Shown here piece after piece: positions 23,087 through 33,666 of a stretch of 35,837 bases of DNA. The DNA comes from Octopus bimaculoides (lineage: Eukaryota). Location: positions 16,108,549 to 16,144,385 of the forward strand of contig NC_069002.1 in assembly GCF_001194135.2 (NCBI RefSeq). Direction: 5' to 3'. The position numbers and the translations under genes are program-made. How positions within the stretch are numbered: the stretch's first letter is position 1; each line of letters starts with the position of its first letter. The notes beneath the pieces are model-generated. The model saw nothing but the letters and a program-made list of their open reading frames with translations, was not told the DNA's origin and did no database searches.

Positions 23087-23408
23087 GTCATTGATAGCCA
23101 AAAAAATACAATAGGAGACTTGTTGAGCAAGGCCAGAACAAGGCGAAAAGACATAAAAGATACTACAAAAAGAAAACAAAACAAACTCGTAGTTTTGTAT
23201 TACGTTTCTATATTTCGGGGTTATAACCCCTTCTTCAGGATTTGTGGAAAAGCGAGGGACATTTCTACATATGCTGAAGAAGAGGTCATAGTACCGAAAT
23301 ATATATAAATATAAGGTAAAACTCCAAGTTTGCTTTGCTTTCTTTTGTAGTTTCCTTTATATCTTCTCGCATTGTTCCGGCCTTACCCGACAAGCCTCTT
23401 TAATGTAA
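23087..23408. mobile_element. Family E inverted repeat: two pLTR-like arms head-to-head, each starting with a hammerhead motif
   Basis: Arm 23105-23238 (minus) aligns with arm 23274-23408 (plus); spacer 23239-23273. Confidence 0.75.
23207..23240 (-). ncRNA. Minimal hammerhead motif with intact core and weak stem I
   Basis: Minus strand: TC-CTGAAGA-A-GGGG ttataa CCCC-GAA-ATAT-A-GA. Confidence 0.5.
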
Positions 23409-23544
23409 TATCACGTAAAGCTTCATCATAACTACTCCTTTTGAAAATAAAATAAAAATTGGATTCTCTTGTTTTGCTGGTTACAATTGACCAATGATCG
23501 AAAATGAGAAATCCAAAGCAACGTCTTCAGCTAAATTTCTTGCT

Positions 23545-23765
23545 GCCATTGCAGATTGGCTGAGTCAGTAGAGCGTCTCACAAAACGTCTTGCGATACTA
23601 AGTTATGATTCGTCACACTCTGAGATCAAATTCTGCTAGAGTCTGAATTACTTCTCATCACCTCTGGGGCCGATAAAATAAAGTAGCAGTCAAATACTGG
23701 GTTGATCGTATTCACTAATCCCCTCCCTCAAATTTGCTAGCCTCCTACCTACATTGAGAAGTATT
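23545..23765 (+). mobile_element. SINE family A, strongly diverged
   Basis: TTGGCTGAGTCAGTAGAGCGTC...CTCTGAGATCAAATTCTGC...GGGGCCGATAAAATAAAGTAGCAGTCAAATACTGGGTTGATCG. Confidence 0.7.
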
Positions 23766-23769
23766 TATT

Positions 23770-24167
23770 TTCGCTAAGTTATAGGAACATAAACAAACCT
23801 GCACCATTTGTCAGGCGGTGATGGGGACGAATACAACCATAAACGTGCGAACACAGACTCACATACATACACACACATATACACACACACACTCTCTCTC
23901 TCTCTTTCTTTCCCTTTGTCTCCCGTGCTCTCTTTCTCTCCCTCTGTCTCTCGTGCTCTCTATCTCTCTATCTCTCTATCTCTCTCTCTGACATTTATAT
24001 ATATTTACGACAGGCTTCTTTCAGTTTCCTTCAACTAAATCCACTGACAAGGCTCTAGTCGGGCCGAGGCTATAGTAGAAGACACTTGCTCAAGGTGCCA
24101 CGTACTGAGACTGAACCCGAATCCATGTGGTTGGAAAGCAAGCTTTTTACCACAGCCACGCCTGCGC
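23770..24167 (-). mobile_element. SINE family B with an expanded internal CA/CT tract
   Basis: Head 24005-24167; post-microsatellite segment 23770-23830. Confidence 0.85.
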
Positions 24168-24169
24168 TA

Positions 24170-24255
24170 TTCAAGGACACGGCACACAACCCGATCCGGG
24201 AATCGAACTCGGAACTTCACGGGTTGTAAGCCCGATGCTCTAATCACCTAGCCGT
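24170..24255 (-). mobile_element. tRNA-derived SINE head (family F)
   Basis: Reverse complement CACGGCTAGGTGATTAGAGCATCGGG...GTTCCGAGTTCGATTCCCGG...GTGCCGTGTCCTTG: A box, B box, then a GTGTCCTTG motif. Confidence 0.7.
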
Positions 24256-24269
24256 GTTTGCATCAACAT

Positions 24270-24348
<79 letters not shown>

Positions 24349-24699
24349 TGTGTGTGTGTGCGTGTGTGTGTGTGTGTTCGTTCGTATATCATATTCGTCG
24401 AACAATAGCAAGGCTAGCCACAAGTTATCGACACCAACTGAACGATCGTTCAGTTGACAGATAATGACTTCAGAACAACAGACTTCATTCACTCACAACG
24501 ACAACAGTTATCCTTCTTAGCAAGAGACAGAAAGAGACAGAAAGTCAAAACAATACGACATGTTATGGATTGTTGGTCCAGTCGAGGTGCGTAAGTAGTA
24601 TTAGTTACTGTTGAACTTGGTTCATTCATGAAATATTATCAATGAAAGTCATTGTATATCTGAATGGATGGCAGCCGTACAACCACGAGTTAACCATCA

Positions 24700-25420
24700 A
24701 CCTTCCCTCTTCTTTCTCCTCCTACTCATGTTCTTACTGCTTTTCCTACTCCACCTCCTCCCCTACTTCTCTTCCTCCTCCTCCTCCTCCTCCTCCTTCT
24801 CTCCTTCCTACCACTATGGTATCTATCTTAATTTCTTAAACCATTAACAAAACTTCTTCACATACTCTTTCGTCTCTTTGATATTATCTTTACTTGCTCT
24901 TCTTCTCGTTAGCTTCCATTTCCTCATATTTCCACATTTTTCATCACCCTCGGCATATTCTTCCTCTTCTCTCCTTTCTTCTTCTTCTTCTTCTTCTTCT
25001 TCTTCTTCTTCTTTTCTTCTTCTTCTTCCTTCCTTCCTTTCATCCTTTCCTTCTCTTTTCTCTGTCTTATTACCAACTCTATTTTTCTCTTACATGGTTT
25101 AATCTCTCTTTCTTTTAGCTTTTTCTTTTTGTTCTTATTGTTTCTTTTATTTATCGTGTCACCTTCTTCTTCTTCCTTCTCTTCTTCTTCTTCGTCTTCT
25201 CCTCCTCCGTCTCCCCTTCCTCCTCCTTCTTCCTCCACCCCAGCCCTACGCCTCACACTAGTTACTATTGTTCATTGTTACACAGAACATATCACTACAT
25301 CCACTTACTCTCAACTCCCTTCATTCCTCCCATTCCCTCCCCACCACACAATCTTACTCCCTCCTCCTCTCCTCCTTCCTTTCCCTCTCGCTCTCTCTCT
25401 CTTTCTCTCTCTGTCACTAT
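24700..25420. repeat. Polypyrimidine low-complexity region: (CCT)n, (CTT)n, (CT)n
   Basis: Seen directly. Confidence 0.9.
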
Positions 25421-26366
25421 TCTACTGCGTTTCGTTTTCGCTTCCTTCCCAAAATATGATACCAATTTTGTCTTGAAGATTCTCGTTAACGATTTGCGGG
25501 CGATTTTCATGAACAGAACCAGAGAAAGAACATGGACAGAATATTTGAAGAAAAATATGAGTTTGTAATTCGCTGACGAAAAACCTTGTTGGTCGCAAAT
25601 ATTTACTTCCTCACTCTTTTATACGCTAATTCTCTTTTAATTAAAATATTCTCTAAATATTGGCAACCATTGTTTTAATGATCACAATCGTCTAAAATTC
25701 AGAATTGAGAGACACGAAATAATTAACACTGAAACTTCCAATGAATATACCAAATAATTCTTTTTTCAGTATTGATTACTCTAACACCTCCTTCTTATGA
25801 ATACGAGATTGCTCCTGTAACAAAACAACCATAATCTAGAAACTCTTACATAAGCTTACCCTAGCCATAATAATCTTAATGAATAACAATTACGCAGTAT
25901 CAATCTATCATGTAATTTAAGCAGCAAGATCGCCATAAACCAAGAGGACAACTCCTTAAGAAGTTGAAACCTATGAGAATGAAGGACAAGTCAGAACAAC
26001 GAGACCACAAGATATAACAGATTCAAAGACAACAAGCACGGCAAACATACAGTCCCATCATCAGCTTCCTAGCGGATATCATTATGGTTTCGACACACGG
26101 GCACTATCATTCAGTCTGGTGATGTTAACAGTGCTAGAAAAAAATAGACGCTGCCTGTAAGAAAACATGCAAGAGCGAAACCATGCCTTTTGTTACAAAT
26201 ACAAATATCAACCCTCAAACATAGACCGTTTCATACTTATAGCTACGAGGCACAACTATTAAAAGTATTACAATATTACATAGAAAACATAGAAATATTC
26301 TTACAAAGGACACTGCTACCACAAGCATTATATCTATCTATATATCTCTATCTATGAACACACACA

Positions 26367-26433
<67 letters not shown>

Positions 26434-26434
26434 G

Positions 26435-26614
26435 TAATTGCCAACCAAGTGTGGCGTCCTATACGGGACAGTGCTACTGACGTTTATAGCCCCAGGAAGA
26501 CATCACTTCTAGCTGGCTAACCACACACATTCTCTGTCGTTAGCCAGTTGGAAGAGATGTCTTCCTGGCACTATAAACGTCAGTAGCACTGACACCACAC
26601 TTGGTTGGCAATTA
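26435..26614. mobile_element. 180-bp foldback (MITE-like) element
   Basis: Arms 26435-26521 and 26539-26614 are reverse complements with about 6 mismatches and one 10-11 nt insertion; 17-nt loop. Confidence 0.8.
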
Positions 26615-26882
26615 TATGTTACGATTCCGTATTGTTACTGTTTACATCTCGCCCAGATATTTAATATTTTTTTTTTCACGTCTGGCTGTATATTTTCACT
26701 GTTTCATTTTCCTGTCTTGTTTTCTGTCCGCCACTACATTCCTCCACGTTACAAATTTAATTTGAGTTTAATTTGTGGTCCGTGAGAAGAGCCATTCTAA
26801 CAATGCGTCCTACCCTAACTCTTCGAAACGCTTAGTTTTAGAATGGTGGCAGCTGATGAAGGAAATGTTCTTTATGTGGCCT

Positions 26883-28073
26883 GTGACAGATCTATCGGAC
26901 TTTCAGAGAGGTCAAATTGCTGGTGCTCGTATGGCAGGTGCTAGCGTAACGAAAACATTCGAAATATTTAGTGTATCAAGAAGNNNNNNNNNNNNNNNNN
27001 NNNNNNNNNNNNNNNNNNNNNNNNNNNNNNNNNNNNNNNNNNNNNNNNNNNNNNNNNNNNNNNNNNNNNNNNNNNNNNNNNNNNNNNNNNNNNNNNNNNN
27101 NNNNNNNNNNNNNNNNNNNNNNNNNNNNNNNNAAAAACCTCCTCATCGAAACAAAACGCCAGAAAAAAAGCAAAAATTTCAGATAGAGACCGTCGGACTC
27201 TTACGCGAAATGTTAGAAAGGATCACAAAAGTACAACTCCCAAAATTACTGCAGAGATTAATGATCACCTCCAGAACCCAGTTTCTACAAAAACTGTTCG
27301 CCGGGAGCTGTACAAAGCCGGATTTCACGAGAGGGCTGCAGTCAGAAAACCTACTACTTTCAAAAACGAACGTTGCAAAGCGTTTAGAGTGGAGTAAAAA
27401 CCTACAGAATTGGTCCCTAGAGCAGTGGGAAAATGTTATTTTCTCGGATGAGTCATCCTTTACCCCATTTCCGACCATCGGTCGAGTATAAGTGTGGAGA
27501 CGACCAAAAGAAGCATATGACCCAGACTGCCTTCTTCCAACTGTTAAACATAGAGGAGGATCTGTGATGATCTCGGGGGCTATATCTTGGAAATCCACCG
27601 GTCCTGTGGTTTCCCTTTATGGCAGTCTTAATAGTCAAGACTATTTAAGCATTTTATTTGATCAAATTCGTTTTATGTTTGCGGAACTGTTTCCGAAGGG
27701 AAACCCAATCTTTCAGGATGATAATGCACCAATTCACACAGCTAAAGTTGTTATTGAATGGCACAAGGAATAGTCTGGTGAAGTTGAATATCTTATCTGG
27801 CCACCACAGTCCCCAGATCTCAATATTACTGAACATTTATGGTGCAGTTTAGAAAAACAAGTAAGGAGTCAGTATCTTCCACCATCATCACTACAAGAAC
27901 TGGAAACTGTTTTTCCTGAAGAATGGACAAAACTCCTTTGGAAACAATTCAAACTTTGTATAAGTCCGTACCTCGTAGAATTCAAGCTGTAATTACTGCC
28001 AAAGGTGGTCCTACCATATGTTAAAATAAATTTGTTTGAAATTTTAAGGTGTTTCCATTTTGTTCAACCTCTG
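26883..28073 (+). mobile_element. Inactive Tc1-family transposon with a DD36E catalytic triad; 3' TIR present, 5' TIR not seen
   Basis: N-terminus (V)TDLSDFQRGQIAGARMAGASVTKT; FSDES (D 27447-49); FQDDNAP (D 27720-22); SPDLNITE (E 27831-33), with 36 codons between D and E. Stops at 27489-91 and 27771-73, plus frameshifts. Ends GGTGTTTCCATTTTGTTCAACCTCTG-TA. Confidence 0.92.
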
Positions 28074-29565
28074 TATGTATATGTAAGTATGCATACACAC
28101 TCTCACACTCAAAGTGATCCTAGTTTGTAAGTTCAGAATAAAGTGACGTCTTATGCATTGTATGTCAAGGCTCATATGAACGGACAACGTGACCCGAAAA
28201 TAATCCGAATCTTTGTTACCAATTAAAACTAAGTGTAGCTAACCTTCCGAAATGTAACTATTGTGCATTTATTAACTTACTACTACTACTACTACACACT
28301 CACACACACACACACGCAAACGCATTCTCTCACACATACACACTCATTCACACACACACAGAAATACATATGCATGCATATATATATATCATTCAACTAC
28401 GTTAGTTGTTGAATAATATTCTTAAGGCAGCAATTTACTCACACGCAGCATCTTCAGTGCATTGTCGCTAATTCAATTCTTAACGAAATGGAAAACTGTT
28501 AACATTTTTGGAGAGGACTGGTCCTTAGCTACATTTTGGCATTAAAAAATTGAGATTTGGTCCAGTAGAAAAAGGTTTACGTCAAAATTTGTAGCAGAGT
28601 TACAGGAGAGTAAGTAACGCCTCCAATCAAGTTTAAATCTAATTAACTTTTTCATTTTAAAAGCAAAATACATTTACCTTCCTTTCAATGATAGAAGACA
28701 GTACGAGGAATTTGTATAAAAAAAGTTGTGAGGTAAAATATATTTTTAAAAAAATAAGGCAAAAAATCGGATTTAATTATAATTANNNNNNNNNNNNNNN
28801 NNNNNNNNNNNNNNNNNNNNNNNNNNNNNNNNNNNNNNNNNNNNNNNNNNNNNNNNNNNNNNNNNNNNNNNNNNNNNNNNNNNNNNNNNNNNNNNNNNNN
28901 NNNNNNNNNNNNNNNNNNNNNNNNNNNNNNNNNNNNNNNNNNNNNNNNNNNNNNNNNNNNNNNNNNNNNNNNNNNNNNNNNNNNNNNNNNNNNNNNNNNN
29001 NNNNNNNNNNNNNNNNNNNNNNNNNNNNNNNNNNNNNNNNNNNNNNNNNNNNNNNNNNNNNNNNNNNNNNNNNNNNNNNNNNNNNNNNNNNNNNNNNNNN
29101 NNNNNNNNNNNNNNNNNNNNNNNNNNNNNNNNNNNNNNNNNNNNNNNNNNNNNNNNNNNNNNNNNNNNNNNNNNNNNNNNNNNNNNNNNNNNNNNNNNNN
29201 NNNNNNNNNNNNNNNNNNNNNNNNNNNNNNNNNNNNNNNNNNNNNNNNNNNNNNNNNNNNNNNNNNNNNNNNNNNNNNNNNNNNNNNNNNNNNNNNNNNN
29301 NNNNNNNNNNNNNNNNNNNNNNNNNNNNNNNNNNNNNNNNNNNNNNNNNNNNNNNNNNNNNNNNNNNNNNNNNNNNNNNNNNNNNNNNNNNNNNNNNNNN
29401 NNNNNNNNNNNNNNNNNNNNNNNNNNNNNNNNNNNNNNNNNNNNNNNNNNNNNNNNNNNNNNNNNNNNNNNNNNNNNNNNNNNNNNNNNNNNNNNNNNNN
29501 NNNNNNNNNNNNNNNNNNNNNNNNNNNNNNNNNNNNNNNNNNNNNNNNNNNNNNNNNNNNNNNNN

Positions 29566-29622
<57 letters not shown>

Positions 29623-30429
29623 GCAGACACATACGCACGCGCGCGCGCATGCATGCATCAACATATCAGCGTGCCTATATAGACAGTGTCGTCTAAGGTC
29701 TGTGTAGATTTGCGTTGTGAAAATATATAATGTGACGTGAAAAAAGTATTTTCGTGTTTTTTCATTTATAGAATGTCTGAAAATACATCAGGAAAATGAT
29801 TTATGCATTCGTAAGTGTTCTGTTGATGTTGTTGATGTTGTTTTTGTTGTAGTTGGTCTGTCAGAACTCGGTGGAAGATTTGATTTTATCACATTTAATT
29901 TGATGGAAAACTAGTTTTTTTTTTGTTTTTTGCTTGGCTCTGCTATTTTAGCAAGGGACTTCGAAGTGTTTCAATATCCATCTCTTTACTTTATCGCAGA
30001 AGATATACTCGGAGAACAAAAGACAATTCCACAAACCGGCACTTTTTGTAAACACACGATGTTTCTATTTCTCTGCATACAAAATTGTCAAAGAGAAAGT
30101 TTTAATAACGAAGTCGGATATTAACAGCAGATTTGCCAGTGGGGAGGTCCGAGTGAAGGGTGCACATCGGTCAAGTAAGGAAAAGTCCTAAAATATACAT
30201 TGCAGTACCTCTCTACCTGTGAATTGCACTAAGGAAAAGGGTGAGGAGAAATGTGATGTAACTCTTTCCAAACTTGAAGGGGAATTTTGTATGCCCTCAA
30301 GGGCACACTTCGGAAGAGCCCTGATAGATATATGACATTGATAGAGGTAAAAGGGTATGAATTGTCTTTAAAAACAGTCGATGAGACCAGGTAACAAACG
30401 AATCTGGCGTGCTACACACCTTCCCACAC

Positions 30430-30527
30430 ACCTATAGTAGAAGACACTTACCCGAGGTGTCATGCAGTGGGACTGAACCCGGAGTCATGTGGTTGGGAAG
30501 CAAGCTTCTTACCGCACACCCACACCT
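30430..30527 (-). mobile_element. SINE family B head fragment
   Basis: Reverse complement GGTGTGGGTGTGCGGTAAGAAGCTTGCTTCCCAACCACATGACTCCGGGTTCAGTCCCACTGC. Confidence 0.8.
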
Positions 30528-30630
30528 TTTATACTTTTACTTGTTTCAGCTTTTTGACTGCGGCCATAATAGAGCACCACATCGAAGGGTCTTTAGTTGA
30601 ACAAATCGACCCCAGTAGACACTTGCCCAG
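30528..30630 (-). mobile_element. SINE family B tail fragment, directly upstream of the head fragment on the same strand
   Basis: Reverse complement CTGGGGTCGATTTGTTCAACTAAAG...GTGCTCTATTATGGCCGCAGTCAAAAAGCTGAAACAAGTAAAAG. Confidence 0.75.
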
Positions 30631-31015
30631 GCAGCAAATTAAGAGATACAGCTTCATTATTATAGAAAATCAAAAATTTCAGACGTAATAAGAAACAAAT
30701 GGACAAATACAGCGAAAAAAGCATTAGATATCTCATATTTGTTAATGATCTTCTATAATAATGAATTTGTATCTCTTAATTTGCTGCTTTTGTATACAAA
30801 TACCTAGAATTCTTGCGGAACAGACGTTATTTTAACGAGATATATCTTGTCACCTAAGGAGACACATCTACACCGACGGATACACCTAAACGAGATGTTC
30901 TGCAACCCACTCGCGAGAGAATCGTTGCTAGTGGTCGAAACAATTGTAGTGATCAATAGGCATTCAGGTATCTTCCATCTTCCGTCTCTTTCATTAATAC
31001 ACACACACACACACA

Positions 31016-31099
<84 letters not shown>

Positions 31100-31111
31100 T
31101 ATTATATATTA

Positions 31112-32035
31112 CAAGGAAAAATGCGAGTAAGAGAAATATTCTTGAGATTCTAAACTTGGAAAAGTACAGGACAAGTTATTACATTTGGTAAAGTACAGAA
31201 CAAGAAAACTTTTACTTAAAATATTGCAGCTAAGGATAAAATTTCAAATAAAATATTTAGATTTCGAAAATATTAGCATTTATTAAAACTAAATATTTTA
31301 TTACAAGTTATTACTTATATTTGTTATTACTTGTTACTTCGATAAAAAATTTTAGAATAACTCAATAAAAATATTTTTCCACTTTCAAAAATTCATTTTT
31401 TAAAATTATTAATTAATAATTAGAAATTTGAATATAGGTTATAAAAATAATAGTAGTACATAATTAGTTAGTATAATAAATAGGATAATACAAAAAATAG
31501 TTATATATTACAGTAAAATCCACCTATAACAACAAATTCACAGTAAAATTTACTGGAGTTATTACCTAAGATATTGCCAAGTTTTCTCATTTTTAGTCTT
31601 GACCAAATGCCTATCTTTGACGTTATGAATTTGTCTACCATATATACTATTCTACATTGCATAAAACTTTAGCTATATTGGTACTTCTGTTTCTCATTTT
31701 TTAAGTATTTTAGTGTGTCAATATTTTAACAAAAAGATGGTACCTTTTTAAACTATAATGAATTCTTTTAAGCGCAAGAAATATTTTGAGTTATTTTTTT
31801 ATTTTTAATAGAAGTAACAAGTAATAACATATATAGAAGTAATAACTTATAATAAAATTTTTAGTTTTAATAAAAGCTAATGTTTTCTAAATTTAATTTG
31901 AAATCTTATCCTTAGCTGCAATATTTTAAGTAAAAATTTTCTTGTTCTGTACTTTACCAGATGTAATAATTTGTCCTGTACTTTTCCAGATTTATAATCT
32001 TAAGAATATTATTTCTCCTGCTCGCATTTTCCATG
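31112..32035. mobile_element. ~925-bp AT-rich non-autonomous DNA element with ~300-bp terminal inverted repeats
   Basis: 31112-~31410 is the reverse complement of ~31745-32035 (e.g. GGAAAAGTACAGGACAA / TTGTCCTGTACTTTTCC; TTAAAATATTGCAGCTAAGGATAA / TTATCCTTAGCTGCAATATTTTAA); TA on both flanks. Confidence 0.85.
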
Positions 32036-32162
32036 TAATCCATGTTTTTTCCAGGCTATGCTATTATGCTAATTAATAATGTGTCAAATGTATCAATTAG
32101 CGGTGTCGTTGATAATTTTTTCCTTACCTCAATGATGCCGGTAACATATATTCTTTTCTACT

Positions 32163-32294
32163 CTAGGCACAAGGCCCGAAATTTTGGGGGAGGGGGCCAG
32201 TCGATTAGTTCGACCCCAGCACGCAACTGACACTTAATTTATCGACCCCGAAAGGATGACAGGCAAAGTCGGCACAGTTTGAACTCAGAACGTA
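32163..32294 (-). mobile_element. SINE family A, 3' part
   Basis: Homologous to 3230-3375. Confidence 0.8.
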
Positions 32295-32305
32295 NNNNNN
32301 NNNNA

Positions 32306-32459
32306 TTAAGTCGATTATATCGACCCCAGTGCGTAAATGGTACTTATTTAATCGACCCCAAAAGGATGAAAGGCAAAGTCGACCTCGGCGGAATTTGAAC
32401 TCAGAACTTAGCGGCAGACGAAATACCGCTAAGCATTTCGCCCGGCGTGCTAACAAACC
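32306..32459 (-). mobile_element. SINE family A, little-diverged copy
   Basis: Reverse complement GTTAGCACGCCGGGCGAAATGCTTAGCGG...CTGAGTTCAAATTCCGCCGAGGTCGACTTTGCCTTTCATCC...GGGGTCGAT. Confidence 0.88.
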
Positions 32460-33620
32460 GCACATGCATACACCCATGCAAACACACATGCACACACACA
32501 CACACACGAACACACACACACACATACACACACGAACACACACACATACATAGATACATACTTACACACATGCATATGACATGAGATATTTCAGAAACTT
32601 AATGTTTTAGATATAGCTCCAGAGATATATTATAATATTACAATATACCCGTCAAAGGTAAAAAGAACAAACAAAAACGAAAACAGTGAGAAAAGAGAAA
32701 ACAAATGACTAAGTGAGAAGGTAAGCCGTGGGAGGGTGGGTAGTATAAGACGGGGTTGGGTATAGGTGCCAAGACTGGGTGTTCCTCGTATCTCAACATA
32801 TACCACCGCTACCCGCATCTCATATTTGCTGTTTTTCAAGGGTGACAACTGTCCAACGTCTTTAAATCACGAGAAAATGAAACAAGAAAGACAGTGTCGA
32901 ATTGTCATGCTTTGGTATANNNNNNNNNNNNNNNNNNNNNNNNNNNNNNNNNNNNNNNNNNNNNNNNNNNNNNNNNNNNNNNNNNNNNNNNNNNNNNNNN
33001 NNNNNNNNNNNNNNNNNNNNNNNNNNNNNNNNNNNNNNNNNNNNNNNNNNNNNNNNNNNNNNNNNNNNNNNNNNNNNNNNNNNNNNNNNNNNNNNNNNNN
33101 NNNNNNNNNNNNNNNNNNNNNNNNNNNNNNNNNNNNNNNNNNNNNNNNNNNNNNNNNNNNNNNNNNNNNNNNNNNNNNNNNNNNNNNNNNNNNNNNNNNN
33201 NNNNNNNNNNNNNNNNNNNNNNNNNNNNNNNNNNNNNNNNNNNNNNNNNNNNNNNNNNNNNNNNNNNNNNNNNNNNNNNNNNNNNNNNNNNNNNNNNNNN
33301 NNNNNNNNNNNNNNNNNNNNNNNNNNNNNNNNNNNNNNNNNNNNNNNNNNNNNNNNNNNNNNNNNNNNNNNNNNNNNNNNNNNNNNNNNNNNNNNNNNNN
33401 NNNNNNNNNNNNNNNNNNNNNNNNNNNNNNNNNNNNNNNNNNNNNNNNNNNNNNNNNNNNNNNNNNNNNNNNNNNNNNNNNNNNNNNNNNNNNNNNNNNN
33501 NNNNNNNNNNNNNNNNNNNNNNNNNNNNNNNNNNNNNNNNNNNNNNNNNNNNNNNNNNNNNNNNNNNNNNNNNNNNNNNNNNNNNNNNNNNNNNNNNNNN
33601 NNNNNNNNNNNNNNNNNNNN

Positions 33621-33666
<46 letters not shown>

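Noticed and set aside
24521-24590. Possible 70-nt exon (TCTTAG|...|GTAAGT)
   Set aside because: All three frames are open, it contains a 10-bp tandem duplication and there is no homology; uninformative.
25573-25603. CTGACGA...GGTC-GCAAATAT hammerhead-like string
   Set aside because: Lacks the G10.1-C11.1 pair, has an insertion in GAA and no stem I; compatible with chance.
32163-32459. Tandem SINE A dimer as a composite element
   Set aside because: The copies are separated by an 11-N gap, so the junction is unresolved and may be an assembly artefact.
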